Shown: positions 29,896-39,835, counted from the stretch's first letter. The stretch is 64,000 nucleotides of DNA from Candidatus Adlerbacteria bacterium (GCA_903851045.1 CAINNF010000015.1:96644-160643), one strand, 5' to 3'. A program made the numbers and translations. The notes: generated by a model not told the origin, from the letters alone.

Positions 29896-30120
29896 CTCGC
29901 TAACCTTCGCCGGGGCGCTCCCGAACCATGCGAGCGCGAAGAGCCCGAGTCCGAGGACGAACGAGCCGATAGCGTGTTTGTAGTGTATCTTCGCGGACGC
30001 TACGTCGAAGCCAGGCATGAAGCTCGGCAGCGACTGTGCCGGGGTGATGAAGTACACGACCGCGACACCGACACACACGATACCGAGGATACCCGCTCCC
30101 CACGCGATGATCTTTTTCAT
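29881..30120 (-). CDS. small two-TM hypothetical protein
   Basis: YFITPAQSLPSFMPG..HYKH between hydrophobic helices. Confidence 0.7.
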   Translation of the reverse strand: MKKIIAWGAGILGIVCVGVAVVYFITPAQSLPSFMPGFDVASAKIHYKHAIGSFVLGLGLFALAWFGSAPAKVSELPQQ

Positions 30121-30149
30121 ATCAGTGGATTGTACCATCGGCGGCCAAA

Positions 30150-31652
30150 TCACCAAAGTTCGCGCAAATGCTTCCAGATCGCGTACATGGCGTACGTGTC
30201 GAGACCGCAGTAGGTCTTAAGGTCCTTCGCTATGAGCTGACGCTCCTCTGGCATGTCGGAGGTGACCATCGTCCACCACGCGTCGGATGCTTGTGCGCCA
30301 CCATGGATACTCAACTCCTTGTACTGCAAGCTCGGTACGATCGCCGGTAGGACATACTTTATCGACACACTTCCCTTGAAGTCCGGATGCACATAGTGCT
30401 GCTTATGAAAGACGTCCTTGAGGTCATAGAACATTCCCTGCATGCGCTCGATGAGCGGGGCGAACTGTGGCAGCCGATACGCGATGCGTTTGTGCACGTC
30501 CATCTCGAACGACTTGTTCCATGCGATGATGGTCCCCTTGGCACCGATGTGCTCGTGCAGGAGCACCGCCACCGACTCGGTCGGGTCGGTCTTGTCTGGG
30601 TGCAGATATTCGACATGTTCGAGCTCCCCCTCCTTCGTTCGCAAGATGTGGAGCGAAAATTGGAACGGGATCTTGTCGAACGGCCCATAGCCCGGGAATA
30701 GTGGGATGGCGGGAGCGAACGTCTCGTAGTCGAGGAAGTAGAGCGGGAACTGCAGCGGCTCAAGCTCGTCCCGGATAGCATCCGGCGATATCATCGGCGT
30801 CTGCCGATGGTGCACGTTGATCTGGTTGACCTGGATGTCCGAAAGAGCGATCTCGTCGAGCGGGACCTCGATGAGGTCGAAGATGTTCCGCTCGACCAAC
30901 CACTGCAACTTCTTCTTGCTCGCACCGATGCGCGAGAGGTCGTGTACCGAGTACGCGGGTACCTCGGGGTGCGAGTAGGCAAAGGTGGTGCACTGGTTAC
31001 TGCGTCCGCGATACTGACACTCACACCCGATGACTGGCTCGTCGGTCCGACCAAGATATTCCAGAGCTGCGGCCATCTTGGCTTCGACGTCGGGCAAGCG
31101 GTCGAAGACGAGCGACGTGACATCCTCCGTCGTGAAGAGCTCGGACACATCGAGTTCGCTCGAGCGCACATAGTCACTGTTGAGGTGCGTCACGAAACAA
31201 CGCCCGATAGGCACACCGAGACGACGATGGACCGAGAGTTGGAACGCGAGATCGTCGAGATGATTGCGGTCCGACCCGGAGGTGTGCACCGAGCTCGTGC
31301 CTTTGATCTCGTACAAGTCCCACATGTCCGTCCCATTGTCATAGGACAAGACGTCGCTGCGCGCCAAGAATCCATCGACGATCCCCGTTGCCTGGAAGAT
31401 AGGCGACGTGTGCGAAGCGATGAGTCGTGCGGTCTCTTCGCACGCCTTTTCGCCGAAGCTCTGCACCTCCACGCCGCCGGGAAAGAGCGTGCGGGCGCAC
31501 GCCTCGACCTCGTTCCCCTCCTCCGCAAGCCGCTGCTCGTACTCCGAGAGCGCGAACTGCTCCAGGAGTTCGGGTTTATGCAATTTGAGCCACATGTTCT
31601 TAGGGCAGAACAAGAACTCTTGAAAGGTGGTCTTCGAGATCGGTCGGGTCAT
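30150..31652 (-). CDS. DUF2779-domain protein (N-terminal PD-(D/E)XK-like, C-terminal RNase-H-like)
   Basis: ISKTTF..CPK..WL, D..EIK, DLAFQ; YFLDYET..PFQFSLH..WNKSFE..SIKYVLP..YCGLDT. Confidence 0.88.
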   Translation of the reverse strand: MTRPISKTTFQEFLFCPKNMWLKLHKPELLEQFALSEYEQRLAEEGNEVEACARTLFPGGVEVQSFGEKACEETARLIASHTSPIFQATGIVDGFLARSDVLSYDNGTDMWDLYEIKGTSSVHTSGSDRNHLDDLAFQLSVHRRLGVPIGRCFVTHLNSDYVRSSELDVSELFTTEDVTSLVFDRLPDVEAKMAAALEYLGRTDEPVIGCECQYRGRSNQCTTFAYSHPEVPAYSVHDLSRIGASKKKLQWLVERNIFDLIEVPLDEIALSDIQVNQINVHHRQTPMISPDAIRDELEPLQFPLYFLDYETFAPAIPLFPGYGPFDKIPFQFSLHILRTKEGELEHVEYLHPDKTDPTESVAVLLHEHIGAKGTIIAWNKSFEMDVHKRIAYRLPQFAPLIERMQGMFYDLKDVFHKQHYVHPDFKGSVSIKYVLPAIVPSLQYKELSIHGGAQASDAWWTMVTSDMPEERQLIAKDLKTYCGLDTYAMYAIWKHLRELW

Positions 31653-31704
31653 AACGCTGTCTATAGTACAACCTTTACGTCGATAGTTATACCAACCGAG
31701 GGCT

Positions 31705-31962
31705 TCAGGAAGATGGCTGCGACCCTATCAGCTCCAACTTCTTCGCTCGAGTCAACCGCTTGAGCGCAGCTTCCCGCGCGCGAGCCTCTGTAAGCGTCTC
31801 GAAGGACTCAACATACCGAAGTACGACTGGTCGGCGTATCTTGGTGTAATGTGCACCCCGCCTGGAGGTATTGTGTTCGACAAGCCGTTTCTCGACGTCG
31901 TTGGTGCAACCAACATACAACGAGCCATCCGCACACTGGAGTATGTAGGCCGTATGTGTCAC
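31705..31962 (-). CDS. GIY-YIG nuclease family protein
   Basis: YILQCADGSLYVGCTND..RLVEHN..GAHYT..RE..LK. Confidence 0.93.
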   Translation of the reverse strand: MTHTAYILQCADGSLYVGCTNDVEKRLVEHNTSRRGAHYTKIRRPVVLRYVESFETLTEARAREAALKRLTRAKKLELIGSQPSS

Positions 31963-32043
31963 GTGTTGATTCTACACCCTTCACAATTTCTCTAATATAG
32001 TGCAAGATGTCACCGGGTACAGGTACCACAAGGAGTCCTCAGT

Positions 32044-32229
32044 ATGCCCGCACCGCAACCCGAAGAAACTCATTTGGAACGACTGCAAAGACTCGGTGTC
32101 CCAGCGGACGTGATCAAAGAGGTCGAGAGGGCGCAACAGGAAGGACTGTTCGATCGCACCCCTCTCGACGAAGCGTCGGCACGAGTGCTTGCACAGGCTT
32201 TGCCTCTCTTGCGAAGACAAGAGCGATAG
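32044..32229 (+). CDS. small hypothetical protein
   Basis: AAGGAG SD, helical 61-aa ORF, terminator downstream. Confidence 0.5.
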   Translation: MPAPQPEETHLERLQRLGVPADVIKEVERAQQEGLFDRTPLDEASARVLAQALPLLRRQER

Positions 32230-32281
32230 CTGTTCTGACGACATCGCCCTACGAACGGGGGGCGATCTTTTTATGTATATC

Positions 32282-32773
32282 TCACGCTTTTTCGAACGCT
32301 GTTCGCAAACCGTTGATGTCTATCTTTTTCATACTCAAAAGGGCTTGCATCACGCGGTTCGCTTGTACCCGGTCCCCGCTCGACAACATCCGCCCCAACT
32401 CGTTCGGGACGACCTGCCATGAGAGACCGAACTTATCCGCCAACCAACCACACTGCTGTGCTCCCGCATCGCCACCCTCGGACAATCGCTCCCAATAGTG
32501 GTCGAGCTCTTCTTGTGTCTCACAGTTCACCGTAAAGGACACCACCGGCGAGAACTTGAATTGTGGACCCCCATTGATAGCTCGGAACTGCTGACCCTCG
32601 AGCTCGAACTCGACGACCATCACCGACCCCCGTGGCATACCGGACGCCTCCGCACCTGCGTCATAGTAACAAGAGGCGCTCAGGATCTTCGAACCGCTAA
32701 AGATCGATGTATAAAAGTTCGCAGCCTCTTCGGCTTGCGTGTTGAACCACATGAATGGCGTGATCCTTTGCAT
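32282..32773 (-). CDS. VOC-family (PhnB/3-dmu-9-MT-like) protein
   Basis: ITPFMWF..AEEAANFY..NGGPQF..CGWLADKFGLSWQV. Confidence 0.95.
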   Translation of the reverse strand: MQRITPFMWFNTQAEEAANFYTSIFSGSKILSASCYYDAGAEASGMPRGSVMVVEFELEGQQFRAINGGPQFKFSPVVSFTVNCETQEELDHYWERLSEGGDAGAQQCGWLADKFGLSWQVVPNELGRMLSSGDRVQANRVMQALLSMKKIDINGLRTAFEKA

Positions 32774-32813
32774 ACTGCGGTGTGGCGTATGACTCCTATT
32801 CTACTATATATAT

Positions 32814-33470
32814 CTACCCGAGGTGCGAGTGGTCATTGTATATCCACAGCCGCCAGTTCGGCTCCTCTTCGAACGCGCCACGGTACCGCAGGACCGTCAG
32901 GCCTGTGTTCTCCGTGGCGGCCATTTGCTGTACCCGTTTGAGCGTCTCACCCGACATCAGGTCCCCGAGCAGTACGCGTGCGACGAGCGCGCGCAAAAAG
33001 AATCCGTGGGTCACGACCACGATCGAACGCTCAGAGCGAGCAAACAGGTACGCGAGCGCCTTGTCCGCACGCGCGACGATATCGTCGAAGTTCTCGCCGT
33101 CCTCGACCCGCAAGCCTGACCGGAACAAACTCTCGTTCCACTCCCGCCAGGTCTGGGTAGCGACCGCATCCGTATGTGGCTTACCATTGATACTGGTCGG
33201 TTTGATGCGCTCGACGAACAGGTCCGAGTAGTCCGGCTGCATACCGGTCATGCGCGTGATAGCTTCAGCGGTCTCCTGCGCCCGCCTGAAAGGACTGACC
33301 ACGAGCGACTGGAACGAGAGTCGCGCGACACGCTCGGCGACACGCTCGGCCTGCATGCGCCCCTTCTCGCTGAGCGGAGAGTCCGGCGACTGGAACACAG
33401 GCGAGGCATTATCATCGCTCTGGCCATGACGTACGAAGTATACGATTTTCTCGATGGATGGTTCGGACAT
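32814..33470 (-). CDS. histidine phosphatase family protein
   Basis: RHG, SPFRRAQETA, VVTHG, NTG. Confidence 0.93.
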   Translation of the reverse strand: MSEPSIEKIVYFVRHGQSDDNASPVFQSPDSPLSEKGRMQAERVAERVARLSFQSLVVSPFRRAQETAEAITRMTGMQPDYSDLFVERIKPTSINGKPHTDAVATQTWREWNESLFRSGLRVEDGENFDDIVARADKALAYLFARSERSIVVVTHGFFLRALVARVLLGDLMSGETLKRVQQMAATENTGLTVLRYRGAFEEEPNWRLWIYNDHSHLG

Positions 33471-33588
33471 ATGATCTTGTAACCCAGTATGTCCCAAAAA
33501 CGGACAAAAGCATAGACGCTGCTGTATCTTGTGATATCATCCTCTTGCTGTTCTTCCCAAGAAGCACCACCAACAAAAGAGGGTGACC

Positions 33589-33699
33589 ATGACGTTCGGT
33601 TCGATCTTGCTGTGTCTACTCTTTGTCGTTGCGGTCTTGTTCTGTCTCTCACCGCCCGTTCATACGGCACGCACGGGACCTGACCCTGAGTCAGAGTGA
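33589..33699 (+). CDS. 36-aa single-TM small protein
   Basis: MTFGSILLCLLFVVAVLFCLSPPVHTARTGPDPESE; GAGGG SD; terminator hairpin 33715-33740. Confidence 0.45.
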   Translation: MTFGSILLCLLFVVAVLFCLSPPVHTARTGPDPESE

Positions 33700-33750
33700 G
33701 CAAAAACTAAAACAGGCCCCGCAGTTTCCACTGCGGGGCCATTTCTATAG

Positions 33751-34380
33751 TTATCGTCTGCGCGACGGCCGCTGACCATGTCGCGCGACGTACTCATGGT
33801 AGACCGCGACCCAATCGGTCGCGATCATACGCTGCGCGTCCGCAAGCACCAACTCGCGACGACACACCCGCGCGTGGAGCCAATTCTCGACCTTATCTTT
33901 CGCATGAGCACCAAGCTCGTCGTCCGAAAGTAGCCCGGCTTCGAGCTTCGCTTCGTCTTCGTACGCCTGCGGGAAGAAGTTGGCAGGGTCGTTCTCCGCC
34001 CCACCCAGCTCCAGGCTGATCACGTGGTCGTTCTCGCGGGGTACGCCATCCTCGCGCGAAACTCCGTACGAGGCGAACACCGCACGAACGATCGACTCCT
34101 TCGTGCGCCGCACCTCTCTTGTCGACCGAGTGCATAAACGCTCCCAAGTAGCACTCGTATCGACCGCACCCGGCGTACATGCCGAGTCTGGGAGCGCATG
34201 AACAATGACGCACCCGCTCGTCTTGGTCCGGGCTGGTGGGTGATAGTAGACGGTATGGTCCCGTCCGTGCGTGAGCATATACCAACCAACCACTCCCGCG
34301 ACCACCAGTACCAGTACCAGCAACATGAGCCAATATTTACGCACCAGCAACCTCCTGTGTTCCAGAATGGATATAAACAT
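33751..34380 (-). CDS. membrane-anchored HNH-like protein
   Basis: TPGAVD, DHVISLELGG..N..P, KDKVENWLHARVC..AQ..IATDW. Confidence 0.75.
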   Translation of the reverse strand: MFISILEHRRLLVRKYWLMLLVLVLVVAGVVGWYMLTHGRDHTVYYHPPARTKTSGCVIVHALPDSACTPGAVDTSATWERLCTRSTREVRRTKESIVRAVFASYGVSREDGVPRENDHVISLELGGAENDPANFFPQAYEDEAKLEAGLLSDDELGAHAKDKVENWLHARVCRRELVLADAQRMIATDWVAVYHEYVARHGQRPSRRR

Positions 34381-34502
34381 ACGGAAAAGTATGTGTCAAA
34401 TCACACCTACTTGCAACACTTATAAAAGTATGGTAAAATGCTCCCCGGCGTCACGCTCCGCGTGACCTTGTTCGTTCACAAAAAAGAAAGGATGCGACCC
34501 CC

Positions 34503-36848
34503 ATGTCGCACGAAAAAGTAACGTTCTGGGCGTTCCTTGCGCTTGCGACACAAGCGCTCGGAATTGTCTTCGGCGATATTGGCACCTCGCCGCTGTATGT
34601 ACTCAACGCCATGGTCGGCACTGACCCCACCTTCTACACCCACGCGCACATCATCGGTGCAGTCGGACTGATCGAGTGGGTGCTGATCATCGTCGTCACG
34701 GTGTTCTACTGTGGCTTCGTACTGCCAATCAACCTGGACGGCAACGGAGGCATCACCGTCCTCTACAGCAAAGCGAAGCGTCCCATCGACCAATGGTGGG
34801 GACGCGTCGGTATCGCTGGTGTTATCGCAGACGGCCAGATCACTCCGGCCATCTCCACACTTTCAGCGTGGTGGGGTCTGCTCACGGTGCCGTCATTCAT
34901 TGCCTTCGCTTCGCTCGTACAGAGTCGTGCGGTAAGCGACGGTTGGCTGCCAGCCGCGACCACACCAGACCTCGTCAACGCACAACTTGTCGAGGTTGGG
35001 AAATGGATCGCAATCGCACTGACGCTTGTCTCACTGATCGTCTTGGCGAGAATGCAGAAGAAGGGTAGCAGCAAGATCGGGATGATATTCGGCCCGATCA
35101 TGCTGGTATGGTTCGCGATGCTCACCTGGGGCGGCATGCCACAGATCGTGTCGCATCCCGACATTCTACTGGCACCGCTACGCTTCGACTATATTTGGAG
35201 CCTGCTGTCGCACGACCTTCCCTGGTGGAGATCGTCCGCACTCTTCGGAGCGACCGTACTCGCGTCACTCGCCGCGTTCGGTACGGGTCTGCTCGCTGCC
35301 ACTGGCGGCGAAGCGTTGTACGCTGACATGGGGCACTTCGGGCGCAAACCAGTGATCATCGCATGGACGCTCGTCATGGTCGGTCTGTTCGTCAACTACA
35401 TGGGACAAGGAGCTCTCCTGGCCTATGGCGGGTACAACGACGCACCGTTCTTCGCGCTGTACGAGCACGACCCGTACATCCTCACCTTTATGGTAGGACT
35501 CGCGGTCGCTGCAGCGTTCATCGCGTCGCAAGCGCTCTTTACCGGGTGCTTTAGTCTGGTGGCACAAGCGGTGCGACTCAATCTCGCTCCGCGCATGCAG
35601 ATTGTCTACACATCGGACGATCATGCTTCGCACGTATATGTGCCTACGGTCAACCTGTTCCTGCTATTCGGTGCTATCAGCTTCGTGCTGATATTCCGAG
35701 ATCCGGACCGGATGACCTTCGCCTATGGTATGGCGGTCGGCACGACGATGAGCATCACCTACATGCTCATCCAAAGTATCTACCGCGAAGTCGGAAGCAA
35801 GTGGGTGTGGCTCATCCACATCTGCGGCGCGCTAATTATCGCTTTGACGATCGGCGCTTACTCCAAGCTCTTGGAGAGTCCGCTCGGCCTTATACCGCTT
35901 GGCAGCATGGTGATCTTTACGACCGCTATGTCCATCTGGGCGAAGGGTCAGCGGATCATCCTCGACGCCGAGAATCGAGACGACATGCCACTGCTCGCGC
36001 GCCTGACCGATCGTGTCAACGTATCGACGGTCGTGGCACCGGTCACGCGGGTGTTCCTCTGCCCGTCAGCGATAAAGGTGCCGCTCGCCTTCCTGCACTA
36101 TGTGGGCAGCGAGGTCAAGACGTGGCCCTTCGTGTCCATATTCGTGAACGTCACGACGATCAACGAACCACACGTGTCAGCTGAAGGTAACGTGGCACGG
36201 GTGGAGGTGCACGAGATCGGAGGGGATCATCTGTCCTTCGATGTCGCACTGCATGATCTACCCCCTGCGACGACACCGATACGGATACTGAAAAGGTGGA
36301 TTGAGCGTTCCTTGTCAATCGCACCACGACGGATCCGAGAGACAACGTCAGTGGAACAAATGTTCGCCTTGTTCAACCATGAACACGACGAGCACCCAGA
36401 CCACCGCATCACGTTCGGCGAAAAACCGAAAGTGGTTATCGTGACGATCTACCGGGGGTGGAATGATCCTTCGTTCTTCGTCCGAGTGTTGCGTCACCTC
36501 GGGGTCGTGCTGTTCAACGCCACAGAGGAGCCGAAGGCTGGCGAACTCGTCGGCAAGGTGGTCGCCCATCGTCCGCTCATTCTCGTCGATGAAGAGACGG
36601 TGTGGTACACGCGGTGGCTGATCCGGACCTACCTTTGGATCCGCACACGCGTGCAGACACTACCAGAGCATCTTGGCGTCCCCGTTCCGGCGACCATGTT
36701 CGTCACCCTGCGGATCGACCTGCAGGGTGCGAAGGGTGGCGAGCCGGTCAGCACACTGCTCGCTCGCTACGTGCGCAATACGACACTTCGATGGTTCGTA
36801 CTCCTGCCGAAAGGCTGGAAGCAACGCACCACGAAAGCCGCCGACTAA
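34503..36848 (+). CDS. kup: KUP/HAK/KT potassium transporter with extended C-terminus
   Basis: GIVFGDIGTSPLY, DGQITPAIS, GGEALYADMGHFG, IASQA, YVPTVN, AYGMAV. Confidence 0.93.
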   Translation: MSHEKVTFWAFLALATQALGIVFGDIGTSPLYVLNAMVGTDPTFYTHAHIIGAVGLIEWVLIIVVTVFYCGFVLPINLDGNGGITVLYSKAKRPIDQWWGRVGIAGVIADGQITPAISTLSAWWGLLTVPSFIAFASLVQSRAVSDGWLPAATTPDLVNAQLVEVGKWIAIALTLVSLIVLARMQKKGSSKIGMIFGPIMLVWFAMLTWGGMPQIVSHPDILLAPLRFDYIWSLLSHDLPWWRSSALFGATVLASLAAFGTGLLAATGGEALYADMGHFGRKPVIIAWTLVMVGLFVNYMGQGALLAYGGYNDAPFFALYEHDPYILTFMVGLAVAAAFIASQALFTGCFSLVAQAVRLNLAPRMQIVYTSDDHASHVYVPTVNLFLLFGAISFVLIFRDPDRMTFAYGMAVGTTMSITYMLIQSIYREVGSKWVWLIHICGALIIALTIGAYSKLLESPLGLIPLGSMVIFTTAMSIWAKGQRIILDAENRDDMPLLARLTDRVNVSTVVAPVTRVFLCPSAIKVPLAFLHYVGSEVKTWPFVSIFVNVTTINEPHVSAEGNVARVEVHEIGGDHLSFDVALHDLPPATTPIRILKRWIERSLSIAPRRIRETTSVEQMFALFNHEHDEHPDHRITFGEKPKVVIVTIYRGWNDPSFFVRVLRHLGVVLFNATEEPKAGELVGKVVAHRPLILVDEETVWYTRWLIRTYLWIRTRVQTLPEHLGVPVPATMFVTLRIDLQGAKGGEPVSTLLARYVRNTTLRWFVLLPKGWKQRTTKAAD

Positions 36849-36978
36849 CAAACTTCACACGCAACACCGCTCCAGTAATGGAGCGGTGCTTTCTTTTTTT
36901 CGACCGCCGTATTTCTAAGCACACAAAGATGCGTGTGGGTACATACACCTCCGCAGCGAATCGTCGTATAATCCATAC

Positions 36979-37257
36979 ATGAAAGACATTCTCGTCGCCG
37001 CGGTCGCATGCGTGGTCGGGCTTGGCACGTTCGTCGGGCTGATGTGGCTCTCGATCTTCGCGACGGACTACGAGGAGGGGGTCACCGACCCGGTTGCGCG
37101 CATCCTTATCCACCTGCTCCTGTGGTCGTTCGAGGCGATCATGTTCGGGATCGTCGCGTACATCATCTATCTGGTCTATCGACAATACACCGACCCCGAC
37201 GTCCCCACTTCGGCACTCCGCAAACGCAAAGAACTCCACAACCCCGAGTTCGAATGA
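36979..37257 (+). CDS. small two-TM hypothetical protein
   Basis: TATAAT 6 nt before ATG; two hydrophobic helices. Confidence 0.65.
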   Translation: MKDILVAAVACVVGLGTFVGLMWLSIFATDYEEGVTDPVARILIHLLLWSFEAIMFGIVAYIIYLVYRQYTDPDVPTSALRKRKELHNPEFE

Positions 37258-37377
37258 AAAGGGGTACAAACACTTGACATAGTATGGTTAGTCTGTAAAG
37301 TGTTTATAGTACGTTCATCCATATCGGCACCTTTGCCGCCTGTGTCGCTTGGGTAAAGTGACTTGGAGTACCGCATA

Positions 37378-37776
37378 ATGGAATACGTTGGTCATGCCGT
37401 GATTATGGCTGCAATTGGCGCAAGTCTCGGGTATCTTTATGTCAGGTTTGTAGAATATACATGCGAAAGATTCTCGCCTTCGCTCTTCCTTCTTGCGCTG
37501 CAAGTCCTGGTTGGGTTGGAAGTTTTCTTGAAAGTTCTAGACTTTTTCGATATATATCTACCCTACCGGCCACCACCGTCGAGTCTATTGAGCGTTACTG
37601 GTAACATCGCGTGGGCAGTGACCATTATATTCCTGTGCCTTGATGACGACAGTACGTGGCGCAAGCGCTTGAAGTAAAAGACCTCGGCGGCGAAGGAGCG
37701 ACTCCTGGCACGAGTCCGGGAGTTGGCACCAACACCACTACCCGCTCCAGCATATGTACCGGTACGTGGGCGCTGA
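37378..37776 (+). pseudogene. membrane protein gene with a probable premature stop at 37675-37677
   Basis: In-frame sequence after TAA reads KTSAAKERLLARVRELAPTPLPAPAYVPVRGR*. Confidence 0.45.
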
Positions 37777-37906
37777 ACCTGCGTCTACCGCTCACCACCT
37801 ATCACTGGCACGCCACTCCCCGAGTGTGCGTGCCTTTTTGATGGACGACATCACCCACACAAAAAACCAGCGCTCGTAGGAGCGCTGGTCGACCGGTGGA
37901 CAGCAT

Positions 37907-38404
37907 TTAGAACGTGGGTGTACCGAGCGGGTGGGCGTTGATGATCGTCCGAGTGCCGTTCGTGTCTTTTTTTATGAGCAGCAACTGTGTGGGAACATGC
38001 CGCATACCAGGAAGGAATGCGCGACCATCGTGCGTGGTCACGTGCGGACGGTACCCAGCCCCCACCCACCTGAGTCGCATGAGCGAGCTACCGGTCTGCA
38101 AGAGGTAGACGAGGAGCGTCGTGTGTAGATAGTTCAGCTCATCACATCGCCTGAGCGTATGCACCGGTATATCCATCGTAGCGCCGAACAGATCGGGCGC
38201 CTCCGACACGAGCTCGATACCTTTGGCCAGGGACGCCAACATACTCAACTCGTTATTGAGCCGACCGACCGAGTCGGCCCGGGTCGCATTCACACGAAAC
38301 CACTGCATGACCGTACAGTGGAGTGGCCAATGCTCGGTCCGTTTGATGACCGAACCGCAGGACATCTCCTCGACCGGCAACGCAACGAGATATTCGGTAT
38401 CCAT
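37907..38404 (-). CDS. 2H phosphoesterase (2'-5' RNA ligase family)
   Basis: Two HxT motifs: PLHCT and YRPHVT. Confidence 0.85.
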   Translation of the reverse strand: MDTEYLVALPVEEMSCGSVIKRTEHWPLHCTVMQWFRVNATRADSVGRLNNELSMLASLAKGIELVSEAPDLFGATMDIPVHTLRRCDELNYLHTTLLVYLLQTGSSLMRLRWVGAGYRPHVTTHDGRAFLPGMRHVPTQLLLIKKDTNGTRTIINAHPLGTPTF

Positions 38405-38526
38405 GAACGCCTCTCATCACATGATTCGAATCTGTTGGTAGCGTACAGAATCATACGCCTCCTGTCTATCCGTCCTGATTTCGGTAGTATATGGGCAGAC
38501 GAGAACATTCTTCAGGGAGGTACGGC

Positions 38527-39165
38527 ATGGACATGTTACGGTCACCCAGCGTTCGTCGAGTGCTGTTCGACTTCGACGGGACGCTGTTCGATACACAAAC
38601 GCTCCACGCGCAGGTCGAAGCCGAGCTGTGCAAACAACACGGCGTCATCGTGTCGCCCGACGAGATCACCGAACGCTTCGCTGGCACTTCGACAAAAACG
38701 ACCTTCGAGACGCTGCTTGGCTGTGACCCCGCTACAGCGGCAGCACTCGCACGTACGAAATGGGACATTATGTTCCCCCGCATGTGCGAAGCTCGGCCTC
38801 TTGCCGACCTTCGTCGCCTCTTCGTGATACTGCAAGCGCTCGACGTCAGTATCGCTATCGGTACCGCTTCTCCACAGAAGTGGGCGCGGGGCATCCTGGA
38901 ACGAAACGATCTTCTGTCTTTCTTCGAACAAGACAGCGTCGTCGGTGGCGACATGGTAGCGCAAGGCAAGCCTGCCCCTGACATATGGCTGCTCGCAGCC
39001 ACGCATGTCGACCCGAGCGCCTGTCTCGTGGTCGAAGATGGTGTGGCAGGTGTCGAAGCGGCACGGGCGGCGGGCATGCGTGCTTGTCTCCTGACGCCTC
39101 GAACGCACGGCTACGCGAGCTCCATATCGGAGCTCGCTGATATCTTGAGGATCATCTTTGGTTAA
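38527..39165 (+). CDS. HAD-family phosphatase
   Basis: DFDGT, GKPAPD, VEDG..GVEAA..AGM. Confidence 0.93.
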   Translation: MDMLRSPSVRRVLFDFDGTLFDTQTLHAQVEAELCKQHGVIVSPDEITERFAGTSTKTTFETLLGCDPATAAALARTKWDIMFPRMCEARPLADLRRLFVILQALDVSIAIGTASPQKWARGILERNDLLSFFEQDSVVGGDMVAQGKPAPDIWLLAATHVDPSACLVVEDGVAGVEAARAAGMRACLLTPRTHGYASSISELADILRIIFG

Positions 39166-39378
39166 ACGTTCTTGCGATACACGATCGATCACTACACCCC
39201 CGGCACGATCACGTCGGGGGTGCTTTTCATCTGCATAGTACAAGTAAACGACCACTGGCCCTTGGGCCGGTAATCGTTTACTGCACAGTTCTCGTCGGTC
39301 GCCACCACATGACCACGAAAAAGGGCGGCCACTCTGTGTGACCGCCCAAGTAACACTAGATGGGTACCCCAACCCTCT

Positions 39379-39699
39379 TCAACATGTCTTTGAGCTTTCG
39401 TTCACCTTGAGCGATCCGTCGCAGCTCAGCTTCGACCCTGTCTTTGTGGTCGGACATGAGCGACCGGAATCTCCATAGTACGCGAGTGCCCATAAGGTAC
39501 TGTGCCGCCCAAGGATCTGTCGCAGCGAGCACATCTGCTCGGTCAACTGCTCCAGCGGCAACAACTTCAACCCAGCGAACAATATCGAGGCCCAGAGTTC
39601 GGGCTGGATACAGGCGGGATCTATCGTCGCCCGACCGGTGATGAACGCAAGCTGCTCAGCCGCCGAAGCCTCAGTGATACAAGCCATGGTCGCAACCAT
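39379..39699 (-). CDS. hypothetical protein
   Basis: AGGAGG SD before ATG; terminator hairpin downstream. Confidence 0.45.
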   Translation of the reverse strand: MVATMACITEASAAEQLAFITGRATIDPACIQPELWASILFAGLKLLPLEQLTEQMCSLRQILGRHSTLWALAYYGDSGRSCPTTKTGSKLSCDGSLKVNESSKTC

Positions 39700-39835
39700 G
39701 CTGTCCTCCTACAGAGATGTTGTTGGTCTGGAACCTCGGTTCCGAAAACAAAATAGCATATGTATCTAAAAAGTCTAGTAACCCGGGTCCCGACGAAAAA
39801 GACCGCAGCGGTGACTGCGGTCTAGTGAAGCATCC

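Noticed and set aside
37675-37677. Stop-codon reassignment (alternative genetic code)
   Set aside because: TAA, TAG and TGA all end well-recognised genes here (ftsX TAA, tspO-side genes, pyrG TGA, fic TAA), so a single nonsense change is the simpler explanation.
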